From: Candidatus Deferrimicrobium sp.
GTDB taxonomy: Archaea > Asgardarchaeota > Lokiarchaeia > Helarchaeales > HEL-GB-A
Reading direction: 5' to 3'
DNA length: 47,972 bases
Assembly (NCBI GenBank): GCA_035531115.1
Contig: DATKTP010000150.1
Coordinates: 1 to 47,972, forward strand
Position numbers and translations under genes: made by a program. The notes below the pieces were generated by a model. It was not told where the DNA came from, did not search any database, and saw nothing but the letters and a program-made list of their open reading frames with translations. Below are positions 24,351 through 33,358 of this stretch, one piece after another. How positions within the stretch are numbered: position 1 is the first letter of the stretch; each line of letters begins with the position of its first letter.

Positions 24351-25562
24351 TTATTCTGTCAGTCGCTTTAATTTAGTATGAATAACATTTTTGGCGTCTT
24401 CCCATTTTTTCAGTTCATTTTGTATACGAGGATGTTGAATGCCTTTAGTGTTTGCATTTAGCCATGTAATAAAATCCTTATCATAACTTTCGATTGACTT
24501 TTGAATTTCCAGCGCTCGTGATGAAATTAATTCCATTAGATCCCCTAGCATACTCATATAATAATTAATAGATTCTTCAATATTCTTCTCCATTTCGTTA
24601 ATAATCATCAAAATTTGCTGATCATCGACTTTCGATGGAATAGGTTTTGCTTTTTCTTCAGCTGGGAAGATCTGTGTCTTTAGATTATCGACTGTTTCGA
24701 TAAAATACTGAATTTGATCATCTCCATATTCGTCTGAAATCGCCACAATCATATTGTATATTTCGGTTAATATGGGAATAAAGCCATCTTTTATTTCAAA
24801 AAGAGATTGAAAGACTAACGGTTCAACTCCCTCTAATAAACCTGCATGGCAGGTTAAAACTCCCTTTCCTTCATTAGTAAATACGGCTGAAAAAACGGGC
24901 GCTCCAAGAGCTGCATTTTCTCCTTTTTCTTTAGCTACTGCGTCTAAACTTAATAATGTACCGCCGAACTCTTCCGAACCAACATTCATGGTTGGACTCA
25001 CACTGAATGCAAGGGGTAATCCCAGTTCATTTGTAACACAATTTGCTAGAAATAAGGGGTTTTTTATTGATAAGATTTCTTGTAACGCATCTTCTCCACC
25101 GGGTTGAAACGAATGTGAAGGAACAGGCTTCCCCGCATACATCGTTGCTATGATTTTATGAACACTTTGTATTACTGAGAAGTCGTATCCATCTAAGCCT
25201 AATTCTGAAACCCAAATATTTACTAAATCATTTAAACACGAATCAATCAATTTTGAATCAAGAATCCAATTAGTTTTATGTTCTACTACGAGAACAAGGT
25301 AACCCAACCCAATATCAATCCCTATTATAGATTTATCAGGAAATATAGAAATATGAATTACACTTTTCCCTAATGAAAGAAATTCACAGACATCTTCTGC
25401 TGCTCTAAAAATTGAAGATTCTAAAGCCCCGATGCCTTCGATCGGCTTAATCCTAAGTACTTTACTAATCACCAAACCCACTTTATCACAAATTAGCACT
25501 AGTTTTATACTCTGAGAACTTCTCAAAATCTTGGCAAGGATCATTTCAGGAGTTGCGGACAT
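24351..25562 (-). CDS. protein with two Roadblock/LC7-like domains and a C-terminal coiled coil
   Basis: The first domain spans aa 10-100 (SIKLVLICDKVGLVISK...AAEDVCEFLSLGKSVIHISIFPDKSIIGIDIGLGYLVLVV). The second spans aa ~170-265 (FLANCVTNELGLPLAF...VFTNEGKGVLTCHAG). Both fit the Roadblock pattern. The tail is helical. Confidence 0.45.
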   Translation of the reverse strand: MSATPEMILAKILRSSQSIKLVLICDKVGLVISKVLRIKPIEGIGALESSIFRAAEDVCEFLSLGKSVIHISIFPDKSIIGIDIGLGYLVLVVEHKTNWILDSKLIDSCLNDLVNIWVSELGLDGYDFSVIQSVHKIIATMYAGKPVPSHSFQPGGEDALQEILSIKNPLFLANCVTNELGLPLAFSVSPTMNVGSEEFGGTLLSLDAVAKEKGENAALGAPVFSAVFTNEGKGVLTCHAGLLEGVEPLVFQSLFEIKDGFIPILTEIYNMIVAISDEYGDDQIQYFIETVDNLKTQIFPAEEKAKPIPSKVDDQQILMIINEMEKNIEESINYYMSMLGDLMELISSRALEIQKSIESYDKDFITWLNANTKGIQHPRIQNELKKWEDAKNVIHTKLKRLTE

Positions 25563-25962
25563 ATTATCACTCTTATAAAATAAAAAACTCTGCTATTACT
25601 ACCACACCTATTCTTATTATTAAATTTAATCTTTAATATTTAAATTTAAATTCATTTGTTTAGACAATAAAAACGTAGCTAAAAAATATAATTTTCCTTA
25701 CTTAATGAATTTAAATTCCGCTACTTGCCCCAAAAATCGAAAATCATAACTATTCAAAGCAATATTCTTTTTAGAATCGTGTAATGTTTTTCACTCTCAA
25801 TTGCTCTTCCCTTATTTCTCCTTTTTCCTAAAATTTAAATAGGAATAAATAAGTTATATCAAGTAATCGTGTTTAGAAAAATAATAGTGAATTATTTTAA
25901 GCATGTTATTTATAATTATAGTAATTGAATCAATGTATTTATTTATTAGGAGATTTTAAAGA

Positions 25963-26649
25963 ATGGATAAAATCGAAGGAGAATTCATCTGTAGGAAATG
26001 CCAAAGTCCCCTAAGCATATATAGAATTTTAGTTAGCAAAAAAGGGTATGCATTACTCGAAGTTGCATGTCAAAATAAACATTCCGGAAAGCGGAAATTC
26101 GAAATGCAACAGCAAAATGAGTGGATGCCCACAACAATTAAGCATTTATATATTTGTCCAAGATGCAGCGCAGATTTAACTGATTTGCGTCAAAAGACAG
26201 ATGGAGATTTAACTGTTCTTCTTTTAAATTGCCCGACCCATGGAAAAATTAAAAAAGTCATCTCAACTTCTTTCTTCTATGCTATGGACGCTTTAAGAAA
26301 ACAATTAACTGCAAGACCCGCCTATCCTGCTGGCTATCCAGCTGCATATCCTCCCGCAGCGCCTTATCCTAGTACCTATCCACCACAACCGTATCCCGCT
26401 CAAGCCCCACCACCCACAGGATTTCCACAACCCCCACCTGGACAATATCCTCCTACCTCGTCTCCCCCGCCTGCTACGGTTTCCCCTCCCCAATTCGAAG
26501 TTGCACCCCCTATTCCCCCCTCAACGCCACCTGCTAGTGTCGCTTCTCCCGAACGAACAACTGGCGGTCCAGATCTCTGTCCGGTCTGCGGTGAGGAAAT
26601 TACTCCCGGGGCAATGTTCTGCACTAGTTGTGGATCGGAACTTAAGTAA
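25963..26649 (+). CDS. duplicated N-terminal zinc-ribbon, Tyr/Pro-rich low-complexity linker, C-terminal zinc-ribbon protein
   Basis: The two N-terminal units are FICRKCQSPL-x22-CQNKHSGKRK and YICPRCSADL-x17-CPTHGKIKK. The linker reads PAYPAGYPAAYPPAAPYPSTYPPQPYP...PPPGQYPP. The C-terminal ribbon is CPVCGEEITPGAMFCTSCG. Confidence 0.6.
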   Translation: MDKIEGEFICRKCQSPLSIYRILVSKKGYALLEVACQNKHSGKRKFEMQQQNEWMPTTIKHLYICPRCSADLTDLRQKTDGDLTVLLLNCPTHGKIKKVISTSFFYAMDALRKQLTARPAYPAGYPAAYPPAAPYPSTYPPQPYPAQAPPPTGFPQPPPGQYPPTSSPPPATVSPPQFEVAPPIPPSTPPASVASPERTTGGPDLCPVCGEEITPGAMFCTSCGSELK

Positions 26650-26691
26650 CTCTGCCGTTATCGAGTTTCTGCCTTTTTCTCCCAATTTTTA

Positions 26692-28140
26692 TTACAGGTT
26701 CTTAATCCATTTACTTTCAAATTTTTTACCCGGATTGAGGATGTTGTTTGGGTCGAAAATCGCCTTTATTTTTTTCATATAATCCAGCGCATTTCCGTGC
26801 TCTAAGCGATTAAAACCTCCTAAGCGATCTCCGTCTCCGATATATGTGCTCATAGTGCCTTCCAATTCAATAGCCATTTTTGACATTTCACGAACATATG
26901 CATAAAAGTTACGCACTTCTTCAGGGTTCGAATCATCAACAAAGACTGCAAAGCTTATACTAGGACTAATACGATTTGGTCTTTCATTATACACACACAT
27001 ACCTAAAATTTCAATATCAAATTGGTTGGCAAATCGTTGATACTGTTTATAAGCCTCTTCAATTCGCCCGATGGGTATTCCGAGATCTGCGGCTCCAAAT
27101 TTCTTTTTGCGCTGCGAATCAGGCCATTTTTGTTTCATAGGTACAAATTGGAGCGTGTGTTTACTTCCCCACCAACTGTCCACTATATCTTGTTCCTTGA
27201 TACGAACCCCACCCATTTGTTCTAATAAGGTAATCGAATAATTATATGAGAAATCAACTACTGATTTATCCCCATTGACAGTAATAAATAAAACTGCTCC
27301 TGCCCAAGAAGGGATGTCAGGCTCATGTCCATAGTTCTCTCGATAAGCATGTGTGTAAAATCCCAAGCGTTGTTTGCAATTTATATGTGCGCTTTCAATA
27401 CTAATTCCTGACTGGAGCAAACGTTTTAATCCTTCAATAGCATCTGTAATAGATTTAAAGACGATACCTACAACAGCTCTTGCTTCAGGTAGTAAAAATA
27501 CTTTCAAAGTTGCTTCTGTAACAACCCCGAGGGTTCCTTCTGAAGCAATTAAAAGCCAATGCAATTTATATCCCGTGGATGTACAAAGTGCTTTACGATG
27601 TCCCACACGTAAAATTTCTCCTGTCCCTGTTACCATTTTGGCATTTAATAAAAAATCCCCTATTTTCCCATATTTTATTCCAAAAGTCGAATCATTGTCA
27701 CAAGCGATTGCTGCACCCACTGTACTTGAGGGTTTCGATTCAGGATCATGGGGCCACCATAATTTTTCTCGTTGAAGTGCCTCATTAAGTTTAAGAACTG
27801 TAATTCCTGTCTGGGTGGTAACAGTCATATTCCTTGCGTCAATTTCAAGCACGCGATTTAGCCCTTTCGTATCAAGTACAATTCCACCATGCGTGGGAAT
27901 TGCGCCTCCCCCCATTCCGGTGAGCCCGCCAATAGGTGTTACTGGACAACGATGCTTATTTGCAATAATTAAAACTTGTGAAACTTCTTCTGTAGATACA
28001 GGACGCACAACAATTTGAGGCATTTGGATTTCTGATGCATCACGAGGCGACCAATCCCGCGAGTACGGTATAAGCTGAAAATCCTCCGTTTTTACCTTTG
28101 CTTTTCCAATTGCTTGAGTTATCTCTTCTACAATACCCAT
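26692..28140 (-). CDS. FAD-linked oxidase (GlcD / D-lactate dehydrogenase family)
   Basis: The N-terminal half has FAD_binding_4-type motifs (PVTPIGGLTGMGGGAIP). The C-terminus reads IKAIFDPNNILNPGK. 482 aa. Confidence 0.85.
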   Translation of the reverse strand: MGIVEEITQAIGKAKVKTEDFQLIPYSRDWSPRDASEIQMPQIVVRPVSTEEVSQVLIIANKHRCPVTPIGGLTGMGGGAIPTHGGIVLDTKGLNRVLEIDARNMTVTTQTGITVLKLNEALQREKLWWPHDPESKPSSTVGAAIACDNDSTFGIKYGKIGDFLLNAKMVTGTGEILRVGHRKALCTSTGYKLHWLLIASEGTLGVVTEATLKVFLLPEARAVVGIVFKSITDAIEGLKRLLQSGISIESAHINCKQRLGFYTHAYRENYGHEPDIPSWAGAVLFITVNGDKSVVDFSYNYSITLLEQMGGVRIKEQDIVDSWWGSKHTLQFVPMKQKWPDSQRKKKFGAADLGIPIGRIEEAYKQYQRFANQFDIEILGMCVYNERPNRISPSISFAVFVDDSNPEEVRNFYAYVREMSKMAIELEGTMSTYIGDGDRLGGFNRLEHGNALDYMKKIKAIFDPNNILNPGKKFESKWIKNL

Positions 28141-28230
28141 AAGTACACCTCATTAATCATTACTAAAGAAAAATTAACATAACCCTATTTAAAATTTAAA
28201 TAAGAGCAAATGTGAAAGAAATCAGATAAG

Positions 28231-28995
28231 GTGAAAAATGTGAATATTATCTTTTTGGGACCAGCCTCGAGTGGAAAGACGAGTCTATGTAATGCATATG
28301 GGATGTGGCTAAAAAATCAACTAAAAGAAAGCGTAAGTTTTGTAAATCTCGATGCTGGAGTAGAATATTTACCGTATATTCCAGATTATGATATTAGAAA
28401 ACGTTTTACCACTAGCGAAATAATGAAAAAAGATAAATTAGGTCCTAATGGAGCTATGCTTCGAGCTAATCAATTAATGATAGAACAAGCTGAAACAATT
28501 ATCCAGGAAATAAATGCCTTAAATTCTGAGTTTGTACTTATTGATGCCCCAGGTCAATTGGAAGCTTTTGTTTTTAAAGAAGCTGGTCTTTTTTTACAGC
28601 AACTTCAGGCGAAATCCCGTACAATGGCTATTTTTCTTATTGATACTGAATTAACCAAGTTTGCATCGAATTTAGTTGTTGGCTTGTTATTGGCAATTGC
28701 CGTTCAAATTCAACTCGGAATTGCCATGATTTATATTCTCCATAAGTCCGATTTACTTTTAAAGGATTCAAATATACTAAAAATGATTCAAGATCCAGAA
28801 TATCTAAAAGAATGTATTTGTTCAGAGAATCGGGGTGCATTCACCGATCTCGCATTAATAGCTCAACGTGCCGTGGCTGAATTAGCTCCTTCAATGCGAA
28901 TTATAGCAACTTCTGCAGTTAAAGAACCCCATGGATTTGATGACTTGCATGATTTGATCCACGAGCTATTTTGTTCTTGCGGTGACTTAACTTAA
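28231..28995 (+). CDS. GPN-loop GTPase
   Basis: It has the P-loop GPASSGKTS, the GPN motif LGPNGAM, and IDAPGQLE (switch II). It uses a GTG start. Confidence 0.85.
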   Translation: MKNVNIIFLGPASSGKTSLCNAYGMWLKNQLKESVSFVNLDAGVEYLPYIPDYDIRKRFTTSEIMKKDKLGPNGAMLRANQLMIEQAETIIQEINALNSEFVLIDAPGQLEAFVFKEAGLFLQQLQAKSRTMAIFLIDTELTKFASNLVVGLLLAIAVQIQLGIAMIYILHKSDLLLKDSNILKMIQDPEYLKECICSENRGAFTDLALIAQRAVAELAPSMRIIATSAVKEPHGFDDLHDLIHELFCSCGDLT

Positions 28996-29037
28996 AAATA
29001 GTTAAAAAATTGATTTAAACATCTATTCTGATTCTAT

Positions 29038-29793
29038 TTATAATTTAACTCCGCATATAGAACATTTTGGATGTCTTTTCACAGTTATTATATCAAAAGT
29101 CATGTTTTCTCCATCAACAATTAAAAGACGACCGATCAACGGTTTTCCAATTCCTGTAATTAATTTAATTGCCTCTGTAACTTCAATTGATGCGATAATT
29201 CCTACTGCTGCCCCAACCACAGGAATTTTTTGCATTTCAGAAGGAATTTTGGGATAAAAACACTGAAGGCAAGGACTCTTTCCAGGTACAATTGTTAGCA
29301 CACGCCCTTCAAATGCGTAACATGCGGCATGCACATATGGAATGTTTAATTCTATGCACGTTTTATTCAAAAGAAAGCGTGTTTCAAAATTATCAAGACA
29401 ATCCAAAACAACCGTACAGTTTTTAATGAGGTCTTTTATGTTATCTTGCGTAATACGAGTTGAAATGGGTTCAATGTTTATTTCAGGATTTAAAGCGTGC
29501 AGCTTTTCATAGGCTGAATCTACTTTCTTTTTTGCAATATCCGGTGTAAAATGGATGATTTGGCGGTTTAGGTTACTAATATCAACGAAATCATTATCTA
29601 CAATTTTTATTTTTCCAATACCTGCAGCTGTTGCATATAGTGAAGTAATGCTTCCTAATCCCCCAACTCCTATGATTGCTACAGTTGCTTCTTTTAACTT
29701 CTTCTGTACTCCTTCACCCCAATTTTTAATGAGAAGTTGGCGAGCATACCTTTCCCTTTCGGCATCTGTTAAATTCACCCTATTCAATTTCAA
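29038..29793 (-). CDS. ThiF/MoeB/HesA-family E1-like adenylyltransferase
   Basis: RYARQLLI...ATVAIIGVGGLGS is the Rossmann GxGxxG region. It also has NLNRQ and the C-terminal zinc pairs CLQC and CSIC. Confidence 0.85.
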   Translation of the reverse strand: MKLNRVNLTDAERERYARQLLIKNWGEGVQKKLKEATVAIIGVGGLGSITSLYATAAGIGKIKIVDNDFVDISNLNRQIIHFTPDIAKKKVDSAYEKLHALNPEINIEPISTRITQDNIKDLIKNCTVVLDCLDNFETRFLLNKTCIELNIPYVHAACYAFEGRVLTIVPGKSPCLQCFYPKIPSEMQKIPVVGAAVGIIASIEVTEAIKLITGIGKPLIGRLLIVDGENMTFDIITVKRHPKCSICGVKL

Positions 29794-30137
29794 TCTCTTT
29801 CCTTCTTTTTGTAAATAAATATAAGCTGAAACTGCTCTTTAATTTATCGATCGATGTTCAGTAGCGAAAAAATAATAAAAAAAAGATAGAAAAAATATCC
29901 TAAAAAAAGAAAAAAAATGAATGCCCTTGGCTCGGCTTTGCTTTGAAGTGCGTTGCACAGTAGATTTAAAGTCCCCAGAAATGATTGCATAGGTGAGAAG
30001 GATATCTTCGTTATCCTCCATACATTCTGCTTTTTACTGCCGATAATTCGCCTCAATTAACATTATTCATTGATTGTTCTAATAGAAAAAAAAAGGGGGA
30101 AAGGGAGCTATTTTGTTATTGGGATCATTTCCCATGT

Positions 30138-30929
30138 TTATTGAATCGTATTATGTGTAAAATTCACATTTGGGGCAAATACATAACGTGATTTTCCCTG
30201 ACTTTTTTTGGAATCTAAGGCACGTGTTGGGCAATTATTGATACATCCACAACATCCAATACAAGCTTTCTTCGATATTCTAGGAAAGGGGGCTAATTCA
30301 ATTGCATTTGTAGGACAAATATTTGCACAAATCCCGCATTGAGTGCATTTATCATAATCAACATTAATAGTTCCAAGATACCAGCGTAATGCCCAATCTG
30401 ACATAAATTTAGCAAGAATAGCTGCTCTCACATTTTGTTTAACTTTAGGAAGCTGCCTATTCGCTTCTGTAATTGCATGATAATCCAGAGTAAGAGATTT
30501 CCCATAGTTTACTGCTTTTTTAATTTCGTCTGGTTTAAAGTGATTGAATTTTCTTGGCCAGATAAGGTAAGAACTGGGACAGTAAAATACTTCTTTAGAA
30601 AAAACCGCGATACTTTTTTTAGCTAGAAAATTCGCCATTCGGAAAAAAAAATTTCCAAAACTCCCCTCACAAGTACAAAATAAGAATGCATATTTTCCCT
30701 CTGGTTCCTTAAGAGCCAAAATAAATTTCTGGATTGGTGTAGGCTCTCTATACGCAAAAACTGGTGCCCCAAAACCACAAAGATCATATTCTTGAATTGA
30801 ACTTAAGTCTAACTCATGGATATTAAACAAATCACAAGAATTACCCGACTCTTCTACTCCCTTCTTAATTATCTCTGCAATAAATTTTGTATTACCGGTA
30901 ATTGACATATAAAATAATGCAATTTTCAT
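30138..30929 (-). CDS. flavodoxin-like domain fused to 2x[4Fe-4S] ferredoxin domain
   Basis: The N-terminus MKIALFYMSITGNTKFIAE is flavodoxin-like. The Cys clusters are CTQCGICANICP and CIGCCGCINNCP. Confidence 0.7.
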   Translation of the reverse strand: MKIALFYMSITGNTKFIAEIIKKGVEESGNSCDLFNIHELDLSSIQEYDLCGFGAPVFAYREPTPIQKFILALKEPEGKYAFLFCTCEGSFGNFFFRMANFLAKKSIAVFSKEVFYCPSSYLIWPRKFNHFKPDEIKKAVNYGKSLTLDYHAITEANRQLPKVKQNVRAAILAKFMSDWALRWYLGTINVDYDKCTQCGICANICPTNAIELAPFPRISKKACIGCCGCINNCPTRALDSKKSQGKSRYVFAPNVNFTHNTIQ

Positions 30930-31104
30930 TAAAAGTTCTCTCTCTATTTAGATATAAAAATTTTATTTAAGTAATATCTCTATAAAACTCACATTAAAAT
31001 AAAAAAGAGAATATATCACAATAACAAAGTTGTGTGATTGCCTATTATTTAAAAATATCAGATAAATTATTAATCTATTTGTCGGTAAATGGAGAAATTT
31101 CTGG

Positions 31105-32298
31105 ATGCAAAATACTTTATTTAATTTGCTAATAATAAGATACGGGGAAATTGGATTAAAGAGTTCGAAAGTCAGGCGAATGCTAGAAAAAATCCTATCT
31201 AAACGGATAATACAAATGTTAGAGCGAAAAAACATTGAATATGACAAATTAAAACTGTTTCCAACCAGAGGTCGGCTTTTTTTATATACCCCTAATATCT
31301 CAAGAGCTATTGAAGAATTAAAAAAATGTTTTGGAATTGTTTCACTGAGCCCTGCATTTCAGATTACAACTGATCGAAAAAAGATTTGCGAAACTGCTTT
31401 TAAAATCGCAGAATCTGATTTAAGAATGACTGATACATTTGCCATCCGAACTAGGCGGGTTGGAGAACATCCTTTTTCATCACAAGACATTTCTTCAGAA
31501 GTTGGAACTTTTTTCTTAAATAATTTCTCAGATAAGAACATTTCAGTAAATTTATCGAATCCCAATCATATTTTTTATATTGAAATCCGAGATAAAGATA
31601 CTTTTTTATTTAAAAACATTGTCCAAGGTGCTGGTGGACTGCCTTATGGCTCCCAAGGAAAATTAATTTCGTTAATTTCAGGTGGAATTGATAGTCCCAT
31701 TGCAACTTGGTTGATGATGAAACGTGGCTGTCACACTATCCCCCTTTATTGTGATCTGATTCCCTACACTACTAATGCGGATTATGATCGCTTAATTTAC
31801 GTTCTTCAAAAACTGTTTCAATACAGCCCTGATAAGGATATTACTCTGTATCGCGCTCCACATGGATATATTTTAAAACAAATTAGAGAGGTAATTCCCA
31901 ATAAATTAACCTGTATCTTTTGCAAACGCCTCATGTATCAATTCGCTGAAAAACTAGCAATGAAACTAAACGCTAAAGGAATTGTAACTGGTAATAATTT
32001 GGGCCAAGTCGCATCTCAAACATTAGATAATCTCTATATTTTGAATCAGGCTGTTAAAATTCCAATTTTTCAACCAATAATTGGATTCGATAAAAATGAA
32101 ACGATTGAACTAAGTAAAACTATCGGAACATATTCAGAATCAATAAGGCAAGTTCCAGATTGCGCAGCGGTTCCAGAATATCCCGAAACCCATGGTCTAT
32201 TAGAAAAGGTTCTTGAAATAGAGAAGGAACATGATTTCACAACAATAATAAATGAAGCTTTTCAAAAAATAGAGAAAATTCGGATATCAATTTCTTGA
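31105..32298 (+). CDS. thiI: tRNA 4-thiouridine / thiamine sulfurtransferase ThiI (THUMP + PP-loop)
   Basis: It has the N-terminus LIIRYGEIGLKS, a THUMP-sized middle region and the PP-loop SGGIDSPIATWL. 397 aa. Confidence 0.85.
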   Translation: MQNTLFNLLIIRYGEIGLKSSKVRRMLEKILSKRIIQMLERKNIEYDKLKLFPTRGRLFLYTPNISRAIEELKKCFGIVSLSPAFQITTDRKKICETAFKIAESDLRMTDTFAIRTRRVGEHPFSSQDISSEVGTFFLNNFSDKNISVNLSNPNHIFYIEIRDKDTFLFKNIVQGAGGLPYGSQGKLISLISGGIDSPIATWLMMKRGCHTIPLYCDLIPYTTNADYDRLIYVLQKLFQYSPDKDITLYRAPHGYILKQIREVIPNKLTCIFCKRLMYQFAEKLAMKLNAKGIVTGNNLGQVASQTLDNLYILNQAVKIPIFQPIIGFDKNETIELSKTIGTYSESIRQVPDCAAVPEYPETHGLLEKVLEIEKEHDFTTIINEAFQKIEKIRISIS

Positions 32299-32317
32299 AA
32301 ATCTTTGAAAGTTAAAG

Positions 32318-32420
32318 AGCCGAGAGAGGGAGTTGAACCCTCGTATAGTGAATTACTGCTTTTAAGTCCTTTTTTCCACGACTTCTGCAGTCCACCGCTT
32401 CGCCTCTAAGCTATCTCGGC
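32318..32420 (-). tRNA. tRNA-Cys (anticodon GCA) with a 31-nt intron at the canonical 37/38 position; CCA not encoded
   Basis: The cloverleaf was folded by hand. The acceptor stem is GCCGAGA/UCUCGGC, the D stem GCUU/AAGC and the anticodon stem GUGGA/UUCAC. The anticodon loop after splicing is CUGCAGA. The T arm is GAGGG-UUCAACU-CCCUC. Discriminator U73 is the known tRNA-Cys identity base. Confidence 0.75.
32354..32384 (-). other. tRNA intron flanked by a bulge-helix-bulge motif
   Basis: A central 4-bp helix CUGC/GCAG is flanked by 3-nt bulges AGA (5' side) and UAA (3' side). An inner helix AGUC/GACU follows. Cleavage after the second bulge nucleotide on each side yields a 7-nt anticodon loop. 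Confidence 0.6.
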
Positions 32421-32480
32421 TTTTAATTCAAAAGATTGACATTATTGAATGATTGGACAATAAAAAAGCTTTCGCTTTAA

Positions 32481-33335
32481 TTATTTTAAATCTAACGAAA
32501 TGTCTAAGGCTTTAATGGAATGAGTTAGATAACCCAGTGAAATCACATCTACCCTAAGATTTGCATAATTTAGAATATTTTCTGGAGTTATGTTACCCGA
32601 TACTTCAAGAAATACATTTTCTCTAAGGTTATTTTGCTCTAAAGCATCAATTGCTCGTTGTACCTCTGAGACTTTAAAATTATCTAACATGAGAATATCA
32701 ACCTTCGCTTTTGCAGCTTCTAGTGCTTGTTCAACGGAAGTGACTTCAATTTCAATCTTTTTACTGAAACCAACACTTTCCCGTACTAGTTTTATAATCT
32801 GAGGTATATCAGGAATAAGTTTAAGATGGTTATCTTTAATCAAAACCATATCATCCAAGCGATATCGATGAGTATCTCCCATGCCTAATTTAACAGCCTT
32901 TTTTTCAAAATAGCGGAATCCAGGGGTTGTTTTTCGAGTACACGCAATCTTAACCGAGGGGTTAACTTGACGTACCTTTTCTACTATATTAAAGGTTGTT
33001 GTAGCGATTCCGCTCATCCGCATTAATAAATTTAATGCAGTCCGCTCCCCTGCTAATATTCCCTTAACCGGACCTTCCAGTTCCATTATAATCTCGTTTG
33101 CTTGAATTCTTGTTCCGTCTTCTTTATTAGCATGGGTTTTTACATGAAAGAAATCAAAGAGAATAACAATTTCTTTCAAACCAGCGACAATTCCATCCCG
33201 TCTCGTAAATATCGATGCCTTTCTATTCGAACCCGTTCCTTTTATAATAGAATTAGTAGTAATATCTCCAAATCCAATATCTTCTTCAAGAAATTCTTTA
33301 ATTTTTTTTCTTAATATGGTATCTGGTAGTTCCAT
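32481..33335 (-). CDS. nadC: nicotinate-nucleotide pyrophosphorylase (quinolinate phosphoribosyltransferase)
   Basis: It has ERTALNLL, the CTRKTTPGFR motif and MGDTHRYRLDDMVLIKDNH. 284 aa. Confidence 0.85.
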   Translation of the reverse strand: MELPDTILRKKIKEFLEEDIGFGDITTNSIIKGTGSNRKASIFTRRDGIVAGLKEIVILFDFFHVKTHANKEDGTRIQANEIIMELEGPVKGILAGERTALNLLMRMSGIATTTFNIVEKVRQVNPSVKIACTRKTTPGFRYFEKKAVKLGMGDTHRYRLDDMVLIKDNHLKLIPDIPQIIKLVRESVGFSKKIEIEVTSVEQALEAAKAKVDILMLDNFKVSEVQRAIDALEQNNLRENVFLEVSGNITPENILNYANLRVDVISLGYLTHSIKALDISLDLK

Positions 33336-33358
33336 TTCTTATACCTTTTCCTAATATT

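Noticed and set aside
26305-26782. ORFs 26305-26493 and 26400-26624 (minus) and 26501-26782 (plus), overlapping the YP-rich gene and the end of the FAD-oxidase gene
   Set aside because: These are the same GC-island artefact, with Arg/Gly/Trp-rich nonsense composition. They overlap two well-supported genes.
29839-30056. Two small minus-strand ORFs upstream of the ThiF-like E1, examined as possible ubiquitin-like / ThiS / MoaD carriers
   Set aside because: Neither ends in Gly-Gly. The C-terminal halves are translated poly-A/T low complexity (FFSFFRIFFLSFFYYFF). Only the first ~33 codons (MEDNEDILLTYAIISGDFKSTVQRTSKQSRAKG) look protein-like, which is insufficient to call.
30963-31247. A 94-aa minus-strand ORF overlapping the thiI start region
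   Set aside because: This is an AT-rich promoter region with low-complexity Ile/Phe/Leu composition, and it overlaps the well-supported ThiI N-terminus.
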